Part shown: in pieces, positions 20,541-32,900 of the stretch
Layout: each line of letters starts with the position of its first letter
Numbering within the stretch: the stretch's first letter is position 1
Assembly (NCBI GenBank): GCA_964016885.1
Contig: OZ024741.1
Span: 142,476,001-142,540,000 of the forward strand
Reading direction: 5' to 3'
DNA length: 64,000 nt
Source of the DNA: Eledone cirrhosa
Lineage: Eukaryota
Notes under the pieces: generated by a model
Database searches by the model: none
Told to the model about the DNA's origin: nothing
The model's input: only the letters and a program-made list of their open reading frames with translations
Translations under genes and position numbers: made by a program

Positions 20541-21020
20541 TTAACACCAATGAAAAATGAAACTGAGGATAAGCACTGGCCTGATGAGCCTGGACAGATA
20601 TGCCGGTGCATAGGTTGGCCCCTAAAATTCAGAGGTGTAATTCAGGTTTAGGCCTATATTCCCCATTCGGGGAATATAGTTGCAGGGGAAATAATTCAAA
20701 AAGACTAAGGCACTTCTAAGACACTTCAGTCGCAAGTTGTAACTGAGTAAACAAGCCTAGCCAAACCATAATGAACCTATGGTAACCTAGCCAATGAGCT
20801 ACAGTAAGTCATTGATATTATAATTTCTACGTTAAATAGACTTAACAAATATGAGATTCAGTAGGAAATAATTGTGGCAGGCTGCTAGAGTTATGGTAAG
20901 TGGTGTAGGAGTGTTAGGCAGGAAGTTTCAGTTTACCCCTCAGTGGTAAAGGTTCACATTTTATATTCGTCGAGATTTTTTAGGCTCCAAATGTTGACTT
21001 GTACAACGGCATATATATAT

Positions 21021-21785
21021 ATCATCATCATCGATTTTATGTTCACATTTCCATGCTTGCGTTGGTTGGGGCAGGTCCTTCTCAGCACGGCATCCCTCGA
21101 TTCACTGCTTTCCTTTGTCATCTGTTATTTCTAGCAGTTTGAAGTCAGTTCTCACTACCTCTACTGTGGCTTCCTTCCACTTCTTCAATCACCATCTATG
21201 CACATCAAATGTCCATACCAATGATCCCCCTTAAACCTAATTTTCCCTCAGCTCGTCCAAGCTCTACCTTTCTCTCACACTTACATTGCACATCCTACGA
21301 AGCATAGTTGCGTCATTTCTCTCCAGCCTACACGTCCTCTAGTCACAGCCTATGTTTCACTACCATGCAGCATCGCATTTTGCACACAGGCATCCTTTTG
21401 TACGTAGAGAAACCTTTTCTGTAGTCAACAGAGGGAGTAGCTCTCTCAACTTTTTCCATCATATCCTTATTCTTGCTATTATTCTCTCAACTCACCCTCC
21501 TTTGCTGCTAATTAAGTCACCTATAAACCACTTATATGGACCCTTCCAGTGACTGAAAATGGTTTATATCACTGAAGCTCTTCCTCTCGATTACCTGTGA
21601 ATCTTCTACATGCAAAGTCTTCCCATTCCATCAGTCTGTTATCCCACTACATCTCTTGTGTTCATCGTATAGAGTCTATATCTACTCCTTTACATTTTTC
21701 CTGGTCTTTAGTTTTGGCTAAGTTTACTCTCAGACTTTTTGATTCCAAAATTCTGTTTCCATAGTTGGAACTTATTTTCATTCAT
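21021..21785 (-). mobile_element. Highly degenerate RTE 3' fragment
   Basis: Colinear similarity to 15200-15960 plus the same (TGA)n tail. Another relic lies at about 24680-25240. Confidence 0.7.
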
Positions 21786-21887
21786 TCATACATGTGTGTG
21801 TGAACTCCGTATATCTAAAGATATACAGTATGTTTAATTTATAAACATTTTGAAAGCCCAGCTATGAATATTGAAAGGCTGACAGAC

Positions 21888-21903
21888 AACGCCATCTAGT
21901 GGA
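21888..21903 (-). promoter_or_regulatory. CTCF-type motif (TCCACTAGATGGCGTT)
   Basis: Matches the CCASYAGRKGGCR core and lies between the two convergent genes. Confidence 0.55.
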
Positions 21904-23113
21904 TTCTGAGCTTATAGTTTTCATTGGGACATTAGCTCCCTCCCTGCTGCTTTTTGCTGGAACTTGAGAACAGATGAGAATATATATATATAGTAATATA
22001 TATATTTATGTATATTACACACACACATAAAAATATTTAGACAGTATATATTGAGTGATACATAGGCAGAGGAGCAGGCATGGCTGTGTGATTAAGTTAG
22101 TAGCAACAAGTGCAGATGATATTTGTTCCGCTGAAAATACATTGAGATATATATGGTACTTCTATATTGTGCAACAGCACTAATAAGGAGATGTGTCCAC
22201 ATCTCTTTACAGGGACTCTAGGACCAGTGGTAGGAATGCTCAGACCTGATCTGAATAATTACAATAGATTTCACTCAAGAGTCAGGTGGTGGAGTTGAAC
22301 TATGTGACGGTTTAAGTCTGCCATGTAAGCGGACCACAACAAAACATGAACTCGGAGATAGAACAAATGCCATTAGGTAAAATCTGCTTGGTTGATGGAT
22401 ATTGAAGTTTCAAAGAAGGCAATGGCTAATTCATCCAGCATATCATCAGATAGCCACTTCCCGTTGGCATGGGTTGAACTACATATATATATATATATAC
22501 ACATACATACACTCACACAGAAACAGACATAATGATTCGGAAAAATGGAGGAGAGAAAGAATTAAAATAACTGATAGTGGATATACATTACCATATACAT
22601 ACATCATATATATTCATATATATGTATACACACACCCATTATATATATCTCTATCATTTTACGTCCGCTTTTCCCTGCTTGCAAGGGTGGGACGGGAACC
22701 AACTCTGGCTTGATTTCTACAGCTGGATGCCCTTCCTAACACCAACCTTATTTACAGTGAGTGCTGGGTGCTTTTTTGCCGTGGCACCTACACGACCACT
22801 TTACAGTGAGTGCTGGGTGTTTTTTTTGCCGTGGCACCTCCACGACTACTTTGCAGTGGAATGATAGGGACCCCCAGTCCTATCATCTCATTTCTACAGC
22901 TGAGTAAACTGGAGCAATGTGAAATAAAGTGTCTTGCTCAAGGAAACAACACGAGACACTTTATTTCACATTGCTCCAGTTTACTCATACACACACACTA
23001 GTTTTCAAACAACAATATTTTTACTTGTTTAATAATACTCCATTCCAATTCATCAATTAACAGTAGTGTTAGGTTTTTTAAACATTTTTTTTTCATTTTA
23101 AAATCATTGCATC

Positions 23114-23119
23114 TTTATT
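23114..23119 (-). terminator. Candidate MSL1 polyadenylation signal
   Basis: AATAAA on the minus strand about 780 nt after the stop, with GT-rich sequence further downstream. Confidence 0.4.
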
Positions 23120-23892
23120 TTAATTTTTTTCTACTTAAAAATATAGTCAGGATGGATGTTTTTTTTTTCTGTAGTCTTCACTATATATACATTCATACCT
23201 TTATATATATATATATATACATATATATATAAACACACACACATGCATATGTACATACATATACATAATATATACACACACACACAAACACAAATATTAT
23301 ATATATATATATATATATAATGCAAGCATGGAAAAAATACGTTAAACAGTGATGATATATACTTATATACATGCACACGCATACATATATACACACAAAT
23401 GTGTGTATATACGCATATATACATATATATGTATATTCATATTTATATATATTCATGTATATCCACATATATATAAATATATATATACACACTCACTCAC
23501 ACACACATGCACAAACGCACATAGTATTTTTGTCATTCTGCTTTGTATTTCAGGTTAATGAATGCATATGTCACATACACATATAGGTGGATGGTGGAGG
23601 GGGCAGGGGAGAAATGTGCATGTAAGACGGGAAAGGGAAGAGGAGAAGGTCTATTGTATATTATTGGCATGGGTGCATATGCACAGAGTTTATATTTGTA
23701 TGTATGTGTGGGTATATATATATATATGTATATAATATATAATATATATATATATACACACACACACATACATATACACAAACACACACACGCATTCTGT
23801 GTTTCTGTATGGATATATGTATGTGTGTGAGAGAGAGATAGAGAGTGAGTGAGTGAGTGAGTGAGTGAGTGAGTGAGTGTGCATGACAGGAA

Positions 23893-23998
23893 TCATTTGC
23901 GTTTCATCCGTCGATGTTTCAGCTGCCTGTTGTTATCGTCCACACTCGAGCTAGATGTGCTGGGCCACTCTCCCAGTTCCCATGGTAATTCAAAGTCA
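23893..23998 (-). CDS. MSL1: MSL1 terminal coding exon ([11 protein letters not shown]...KHRRMKRK*)
   Basis: ttttccag acceptor, FELPW motif, basic NLS-like tail, TGA stop. Confidence 0.92.
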
Positions 23999-26879
23999 CT
24001 GGAAAAAGAGAAGAGAAGGAAAAATGATTAGTAATACAAATAATATATGTGGCCAATTGGTAAAGTCATTAGAATGTTTTGTGGTACTGATTGAGGTTCC
24101 CTGCACACACAGTTCAAAACCTGCCGAGGTCAACTGTGCCTTTCATCCTTTTTAGGTCGCTAAAAAAAAATGTACCAGTTGAATACTGGGATAGATTATT
24201 CCTCTATCTTTTTCTCATTTGCTTTTCCGCTCTCTCCTTTTCTAGAAATTGGCTATATTCATACCTGGAGATGGGCTCTGCCAGTTTTAAAACTGCCAAG
24301 ACATGCTGTATATCACTATAGCACTCTACAACCAAATCATGAGCAATGGATCCATACAATACAAAGAGTTGTTTGACAGATTAATGAAATTTCAGTGAAT
24401 TTATTTTCAATTAAACATCTTCATTTAATTTTCGTTTCTCTGCGAGCAACAGTCGGCTGGAAATGATAATGCAGTTTTCAGTTTTGCCAGTTTACAGTAG
24501 CATAACTAGAGTGTGTACCACCTTTTGGCTTTCACTTTGAGTTTGCTCAACCCAAAGCCTTACAAAAAATATGTATTGCAATGATTTCCCAATAAATGTG
24601 TTGCCTGGGGCAGACTGTCCCCAACACCCCCGATCGACACTACTGCAAGTTTAACCTCCACCTCATTCACAAAATGTTTCAAAACAGTTTCTATCTTCTA
24701 CATTCATCACAAGGTGTCACATTTGCCATTATCATTTTCATGTTACTCTTTTCAATACTTGCCTGAGTTGAATGGGCCCACTCCAAAATACCTTTCAATT
24801 CCAACAAGTGTTCCACTTGTCTGAAATATGGAACACACTGTTTCCAGCCCGTGAAATTAACTTTTCTCAGGGAGACAGTGTGACAAGGTTGGCTCTTTGA
24901 ATGACAGACACAACATGAAAGTGCTGTACCACCAGAAATTGAATTCACAACCTTAGAAGCATCAGCTGAACATTAACCACTAAGTTAAGTACCCTCTTGG
25001 TGAAGTTCACCATCCTGAGATCAGTTTTGATCGTTTTTGCCAAAGCCTTGCTCTTTCATGTTTTCTTTTCACTTGGAACCAACTCCGGGTACCTTTTTAC
25101 CCATCTTCATCATCTATACCCTTACTGCTGCCATGTTCATATAAATCTGCTTTGGCTGCATCAACGCAGTCCTCCCACACAACATCTGATCTCTACCATG
25201 TTTATATAAATCTATTTTGGCTGTACAGTGCAGTCCTCTCTCAGGTTTATATATATATATATATGCTTTGGCTGTACTTGAAGCCAGATTGACATTGCAT
25301 CAACGGTTTCAGTAATCTTATTCCATACCTGAATAAAGGAAACTGCCATATACATACACACATGCAGAGACAATAAAAGATGAACTTACGAAGGCTTTAT
25401 GTAAGGAATTGGTTGACCAAAGGCAGTTACTGGTACTTTGTCTGCAATCTCTAAATGTGTGACTAGAGAGACAAAAAGAGAAAAATACATTATATTTCTA
25501 TCTTTTAACAGTAATGAAACTTTCAGTTATCTGTGTTCTTAGTTTAAATTACATTTTTGTTTCCTTTCTAGCCCCTACATATTAATGTTGAATCAAGGCT
25601 GATTCAGGGCTAAACAACAACATAATCACACTGTGGGAAATATGCAGAGTTGTCGCCATCTCAGAGAAATGGTATGATATATTTAAAATAATTGTTTCTA
25701 CTTTAGGCACAAGACCAGCAAATGATTGTGGTTAACATCCAGCTATTCAGATGATTAACTAACCCTGCCATAGCATTCATCTGAAAGTATCTCTTAACGT
25801 CCTGTACCACATTAGCAAAACATTCTTAAAATGTATAGAACAGCACTATGACTGCATCACATTATTTTAGTTTGCTGTAAATTTTCATAATCTGTTTACT
25901 AGTGGAGATCCTATAAATATTTAATTAACAAACATGTTTTTAGATTTTTTTGCTAAATCCTTACAGGATGTTAACCCTTTTGACACCCACCTGCTTGAAA
26001 CCACCTCTGATTCTGTGATACAACACTGTTTACTTTACAGTGTTTTTTTAATATTATATTAAAACTTTCCATTATGTGATTGGGAAGACTCTTTAGCTAT
26101 GACAACTTCCCTAGTGTTATGTCATGACAAAATTCACTCGTTTGCTATAAATAATAATTTAGAAAGTCTGGTAAAATACCCCTATTGATGGAAAAATGTG
26201 GCCAGTGGCCAGGTATTTTAATTTACCATTTAAACTGGCTGCACATATTTATTTTGAGAACAATACCTTAACATAAATAATATCAAAATCTTGATATTAT
26301 GTGAGATAAGTGTTCACTGTGAAAATACAATAGTAATGTGAATGCTAAAGGGTTATTTTACCTGGACTTCTAAGCTATTATTTATAGCAGCTAATTGTGG
26401 TTAGTTATTTTCTACATTTAGGATTCCTACAAAGGTACCCAACGCTCAGATAATTTATTTTCAAAGTTAAAAACACATTGGCAGTGTATTTCTTTAGAAA
26501 TATGATAATGAAAGGGTCAAAGGTTAAACAACAGGAGATAACATGTAACAACTTACTGTCTTCTAATGAAGGATAAAAAGACGTTAAGAAATTATCGCCA
26601 TCTTTGGAGTCTTTTGAATCTGGTTTCTCTTTCTCCCGTAATTTTTCATACATTTTTTGTTCTCGCATCCGCTGAAGGTCCCATCTGTGAGATATTTATA
26701 TGTATGTAAATAAACACATGAGAGGGGAAGAGAGTGGGGGAAGAGTGAGTGGGGGAAGAGAGTGGGGGAAGAGTGAGAGGGGGAAGAGTGAGAGGGGGGA
26801 AGAGTGAGGGAGAGAGAGGGAGGGAGGGAGAGAGAGAGATGGAGAGAGAGATGGAGAGGGAGACGGAGAGAGAGAGATG

Positions 26880-26936
<57 letters not shown>

Positions 26937-29900
26937 AGAGAGAGAGATGGAGAGAGAGAGAGAAATGGAGAGAGAGAGAGAGATGGAGAGAGAGAGAGAG
27001 ATGGAGAGAGAGAGAGAGATGGAGAGGGAGATGGAGAGAGAGAGAGAGATGGAGAGAGAGAGAGAGATGGAGAGGGAGAGAGAGATGGAGAGGGAGAGAG
27101 AGAGAGAGAGATGGAGAGGGAGAGAGAGAGAGATGGAGAGGGAGAGAGAGAGAGATGGAGAGGGAGAGAGAGAGGGAGAGAGAGAGAGAGAGGGAGAGAG
27201 AGAGAGATGGAGAGGGAGATGGAGAGGGAGATGGAGAGAGAGATGGAGAGGGAGATGGAGAGAGAGATGGAGATGGAGATGGAGATGGAGATGGAGAGGG
27301 AGATGGAGAGGGAGATGGAGATGGAGAGGGAGATGGAGATGGAGATGGAGAGGGAGATGGAGATGGAGATGGAGATGGAGAGGGAGATGGAGAGGGAGAT
27401 GGAGAGGGAGATGGAGAGGGAGATGGAGATGGAGAGGGATGGAGAGGGATGGAGAGGGATGGAGAGGGATGGAGAGAGGGATGGAGAGAGGGATGGAGAG
27501 AGGGATGGAGAGAGGGATGGAGAGAGGGATGGAGAGAGAGATGGAGAGGGAGAGATGGAGGGAGAGATGGAGGGAGAGATGGAGGGAGAGATGGAGGGAG
27601 AGATGGAGGGAGAGATGGAGGGAGAGATGGAGGGAGGGAGAGATGGAGGGAGAGATGGAGGGAGGGAGATGGAGAGATGGAGGGAGAGATGGAGGGAGGG
27701 AGATGGAGAGATGGAGGGAGATGGAGAGATGGAGGGAGATGGAGAGATGGAGGGAGATGGAGAGATGGAGGGAGATGGAGAGATGGAGGGAGATGGAGAG
27801 ATGGAGAGATGGAGAGATGGAGAGATGGAGAGATGGAGAGATGGAGAGAGATGGAGAGATGGAGAGATGGAGAGATGGAGAGATGGAGGGAGATGGAGGG
27901 AGATGGAGAGATGGAGGGAGAGAGAGAGATGGAGAGATGGAGGGAGATGGAGAGATGGAGGGAGATGGAGAGATGGAGGGAGATGGAGAGATGGAGGGAG
28001 ATGGAGAGATGGAGGGAGAGAGAGAGATGGAGAGATGGAGGGAGAGAGAGAGATGGAGAGATGGAGGGAGAGAGAGAGATGGAGAGATGGAGGGAGAGAG
28101 AGAGATGGAGAGATGGAGGGAGAGAGAGATGGAGGGAGAGAGAGATGGAGAGATGGAGAGATGGAGAGATGGATGGATGGAGAGATGGATGGAGAGATGG
28201 ATGGAGAGATGGATGGAGAGATGGATGGATGGATGGATGGAGAGATGGAGGGAGAGAGAGATGGAGAGATGGAGGGAGAGAGAGAGAGAGAGATGGAGAG
28301 AGAGAGAGAGAGAGATGGAGGGAGGGAGAGAGATGGAGGGAGGGAGAGAGATGGAGGGAGGGAGAGAGATGGAGGGAGGGAGAGAGATGGAGGGAGGGAG
28401 AGAGATGGAGGGAGGGAGAGAGATGGAGGGAGGGAGAGAGATGGAGGGAGAGAGAGAGAGATGGAGGGAGAGAGAGAGAGATGGAGGGAGAGAGAGAGAG
28501 ATGGAGGGAGAGAGAGAGAGATGGAGGGAGAGAGAGAGAGATGGAGGGAGAGAGAGAGAGATGGAGGGAGAGAGAGAGAGATGGAAGGAGAGAGAGAGAG
28601 ATGGAGAGAACATATATACATCTCGACATCCAACCTATGATATACATACACATTCACACACCCACCCACATTATATATATACATTTTCAAGACTACTGGA
28701 TAATTTTTAAGTGTACAACCTAATATATATATATATATGTCTTGGAAATGTAGTCCTAAATATGTAAGGCTTAATAGGATGGGATGGTTAAGATTAATCA
28801 ACAATATATTCATTCACACACAACTTTCAGCCACACAAGATACGAGAACCTCATCACATTTGCTTCATCTACTAGAAATAGAAGCTAATTCTCCCTCAAA
28901 TCACAGTCATGTTGAAAAAGGAACAACATAGTGGATAATGTAGTCCTAGACAAACATTGGCTGAAAATAGATGGGATAGCCAAAGCTGGGGTGTCTTTCA
29001 TCATAAGTCTGCTAAACTGGGGCTGACTTCAGACTACTACACTACAATCACACCACACCAAATCTGTCAAAACAACAATTTACCGTTTTCTTCGTTTTTC
29101 TTCATGTTCAGGTTTTTGATGCCGTTTAGTGAACACTTCATCTTCTAAATTCTGTAAATAGAAAATAACAAAACCTTGGTTACACTAGCTTCATGTAATT
29201 ACGGATGGATCGTTATATACTGTATATAGAGAAGGTTGGGTAGGTTGAATACAGGTGGGGCATCTAAAGGGTGACTGTGCTGGGGTTGTTATATGGGGGT
29301 GATCCTATTGGCAGAAATAATAGATAGTTTATATGTTATTGGTGAAAGCTCATGGCCTAGTGGTTATAGTGTTGGAATTACGATTATAATGTCATGGGTT
29401 TGATTCCTGGACAGCATGCTGTACTGTGTCCCCGAGCAAAATATTTCATTTGATGTTGCTCCAATACACACAGCTGAAAATGAGTACCAGCAATAACTGG
29501 GGAGTTAACTCTATGGTAGACTGGTGTCCTGTCCAGGAAGGAGTCTTGTACTCCCAGTCACTTAATGTCGAAGAAACCAGGATAAGCATATGTGCCCCAG
29601 TTGATTGAATCAACAGAAATACTTGTTTGTGAAATTAATGTGTAAGTGACTGAGTATTCCACACACATGTGCATGTGTAGTTCCTCGGGAAATTCAACTC
29701 TATTTTGTCAGCTAAGTGAATTGGAGCAATGTGAAATAAAGCACTTTGCTGCCTGATCCAAGAATTGAACAAACAACATTATGATCCTGAGCTGAACATC
29801 CTAACCACTAAACCACATGATACATCTAGATATGATAATCATTTAATGTCTGTTTTCCCTGCCAACAATGTTAGGTTACAAAGAAAGCTGTTGCTGTTCT

Positions 29901-32900
29901 CTCGGAAAAGTAAATGCAGATGTACACATACTTTTCACTCATAGGAACTTCTTAGAACCACAAACAGCAGACATTTTAGTGGTAGTCATTACCATTGCAG
30001 TTACCAGGATACCATATGCATCTATAATTGGTTGTGAGGGAACACAGAAAGTGCAGCATAAGCAGGAGTCGCTATATTGCACTGGCCCACACAGCTGCAT
30101 TCTCTTTGAGAAGTTTTGTTCTGTGCCTAAAATGGCACGAGTTAGCCACTCATCATTTCATTTTGTGTGTGTATATATGTATGTCCTTATGTATGTATAG
30201 AAGTACGGTTAGCTGAGATAAGAGGATGACACCAAATAGATGTTTATTTCACAATAATCACAATCATCATCATTTAATGTTTATTTTCCTTGCTAGCAAG
30301 GGTTGGACAGGTCACCATAGACCAAATCACTACTTAATCAGAGCTACTGACCTCTCATATGGGCCTGGGGCTGCATGAGCACTTGGGTGGTTTTTATCAA
30401 TATATGTCTGTCTCACAAGCCAAAATACATAAACTACTACATATATGTACTGTTACTTGACAGTGTTTAACAACAAAGGAGAGTGGTTTGCAATACTAAG
30501 TACTAAACTTGCAGTCAGTACTTCGTAAATTAGCTGAAGATGATGTGGAAGTTGGAGGGAGGGTGGGGGTGGGAACAAAAGCAAAGAATGAATAACTTGT
30601 GAGAGAGAGAAAGAGAGAAACTTACTTCTGTACCCTCTAATGTGTAACAATTAGCAACAGTCCGTAACCGCCAATGTGGAATTTCTACTGAAAGAAATAA
30701 GTGTCAATAGTTACAGCTTCTCAAAGCAAATGTGGAACACACACACACTGACTTCAGTAACACCAACAGAAACATTAACAACACTGACTTCAGCATAAAC
30801 AGCATCATCACATTTATCATACTTTCTTACATCCAGTCTGTAAACAGTTATGTAACACCAGATATTTCAACATAATATAGTAACATGCACACTGTATGGA
30901 TATTTATCATTTACAAAGAACATTGATAAGGTGATCACATCTAATCTCAGTCTGGCATTCATTTAATCAATGACTAACTTACTTTCTGGCAAAAAGGGAT
31001 GTAATTTGACACACACTTTCATCATCATCATCAACGTTTAACGTCAGTGTTCCACGCTTGCATGGGTTTGGACTTTGCGCCAGTAAATACATGCACACAC
31101 ATACAACAGGATTTTACAAAGTTTCTGTCGACCAAATTCATCTCAAAGTATTGGTTAACCCAATAACACCGGAAGACATTTTCCCAGTGTGCTGTGTAAT
31201 AGGATCAAGCCAGTGGTTGGAAATTGACTGTTTCAACTATGTTGCTTTGATTAAGACATTACTTACAATATCTTTTTCATATACTGGCGTTTAAAATATT
31301 AACAACTTCTAACAGACACAAGTTTACAAATTCAGGGATGTTACATTTGATCAAATCAACCCCAGGATAAAGGACAAATCTGATCATGTTGGGATTTGAG
31401 AGCAGAACAAAAATACCACCAGGTATTGTCTTCAGCACTTCTTTTCTCACTTATTCCTGAGAGAGTTGTGGGGCAGAGTCCTTAGACATGCCTACAAGAG
31501 GTTTATATCTGAAGCAACTGTCTCCAAATGATCCCACTGGATCTCCAAGCGAGACAAACTGAAGTTATGGATTTTATACAACTATCTTGATCATTACCCA
31601 ACATTCATGACACTCTACTGATTTAAAAAAAATACGTTTTCTTAGATTGACCCAAGGCTACAATTTTTTCTAAGCAATTATACTGATTCTCCAAGAAAAG
31701 GAACAGCCAATGTTATTATAAAAGAACACAACAAAGTAAAGTATGGTATTGTTTGACACTAGCAAATATGATATCACTACAATGAAATTAAAAAATAAAA
31801 TAATACCTAACATATATAAATACACAATCATTGAAAACAAACTTAGGAACGAATGTTGTCAGCCATAATGTCATCTATGACTGGGTTATCTTCCTTGTTC
31901 CATTGCACGACAGCTGATGATAAACAGTAAAAGTTATATTATGGCTTGGCAATAGAGTTACGGCCCTTTATGTTGTGTTCAAATCCCACGAAGCTTAGCT
32001 TTGCCTTTTATCCTTACAGGGTTGATAAAATAAACAACCAATAATGCACTGGGGTCGATTTAATCGACTTTCCTCCACTCCCAAAATTGGTGGCTTTGTG
32101 TCTTTGGTAGAAACAATTATTATAACAGGAATCGATTTCAGAATATAATATATCTGGTACAATCCGTTGAGGACATTTTTAAGTGCAATCAAATACTGAC
32201 CACATAATTATTAGAAGTACAAATGCAGAGCACATATGTGGAGAAAGTGTATTATAAGTTTATCGCCTAATCTGTTATTTAATAATATTGGTTAATCTTC
32301 TAGTAATTTTACAAAATAGCGGGTAAAGAGTGAACAGTCAACGTGATTCTACTTGTCAGGTTTTAAACAGTGTTAAAAAAAAACCCCTCACATTGTGATA
32401 GTAGAAATTGTAGAACTTAAATGTTAATCAGATTTGTTTAGGATTCACAAATAAAAAGAGTGGTTCTTCACAAAAATATTAGACAGGCATCGAATAGAAG
32501 CCATTATAAAATTCTAGTAGGTCAATATCAAAAAGTTTTTTATAATGAGATCAACCTAATACATAGAGCGTGTGGCTGGGGATTGAAAAAAAATTTCGTT
32601 ATACTGAAAAATTCGTTATAATGAAATTTTACCTGTATATAATTACGCCGAGCGTCAATACAAGGGACATAACTCTTGCCTAGGATAACAAGAACGATTT
32701 CTATATACAATTACATATTTCAGTGGTCAAGCACTAGGAAGGGCCATCAACAGATCTTTTATAACACTTATGCAAACATGGAAAATTGGATGTAAAAGTT
32801 TATTTATTTAGTCTTGATACAAGATAATATTTTCAGTGTTGGAAATGCTTCCAGATGCTGAAGTGTTTGGTAATCAAATCGCATAGTAGTTCAAACATTT

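Noticed and set aside
26584-28813. Six overlapping ORFs of 587-705 aa (S/L/P/H or R/E/G/W repeats)
   Set aside because: Translations of a stop-free microsatellite inside an MSL1 intron.
29868-30200. 110-aa ORF in a non-repetitive island of an MSL1 intron
   Set aside because: No recognisable domain or splice signals on either strand.
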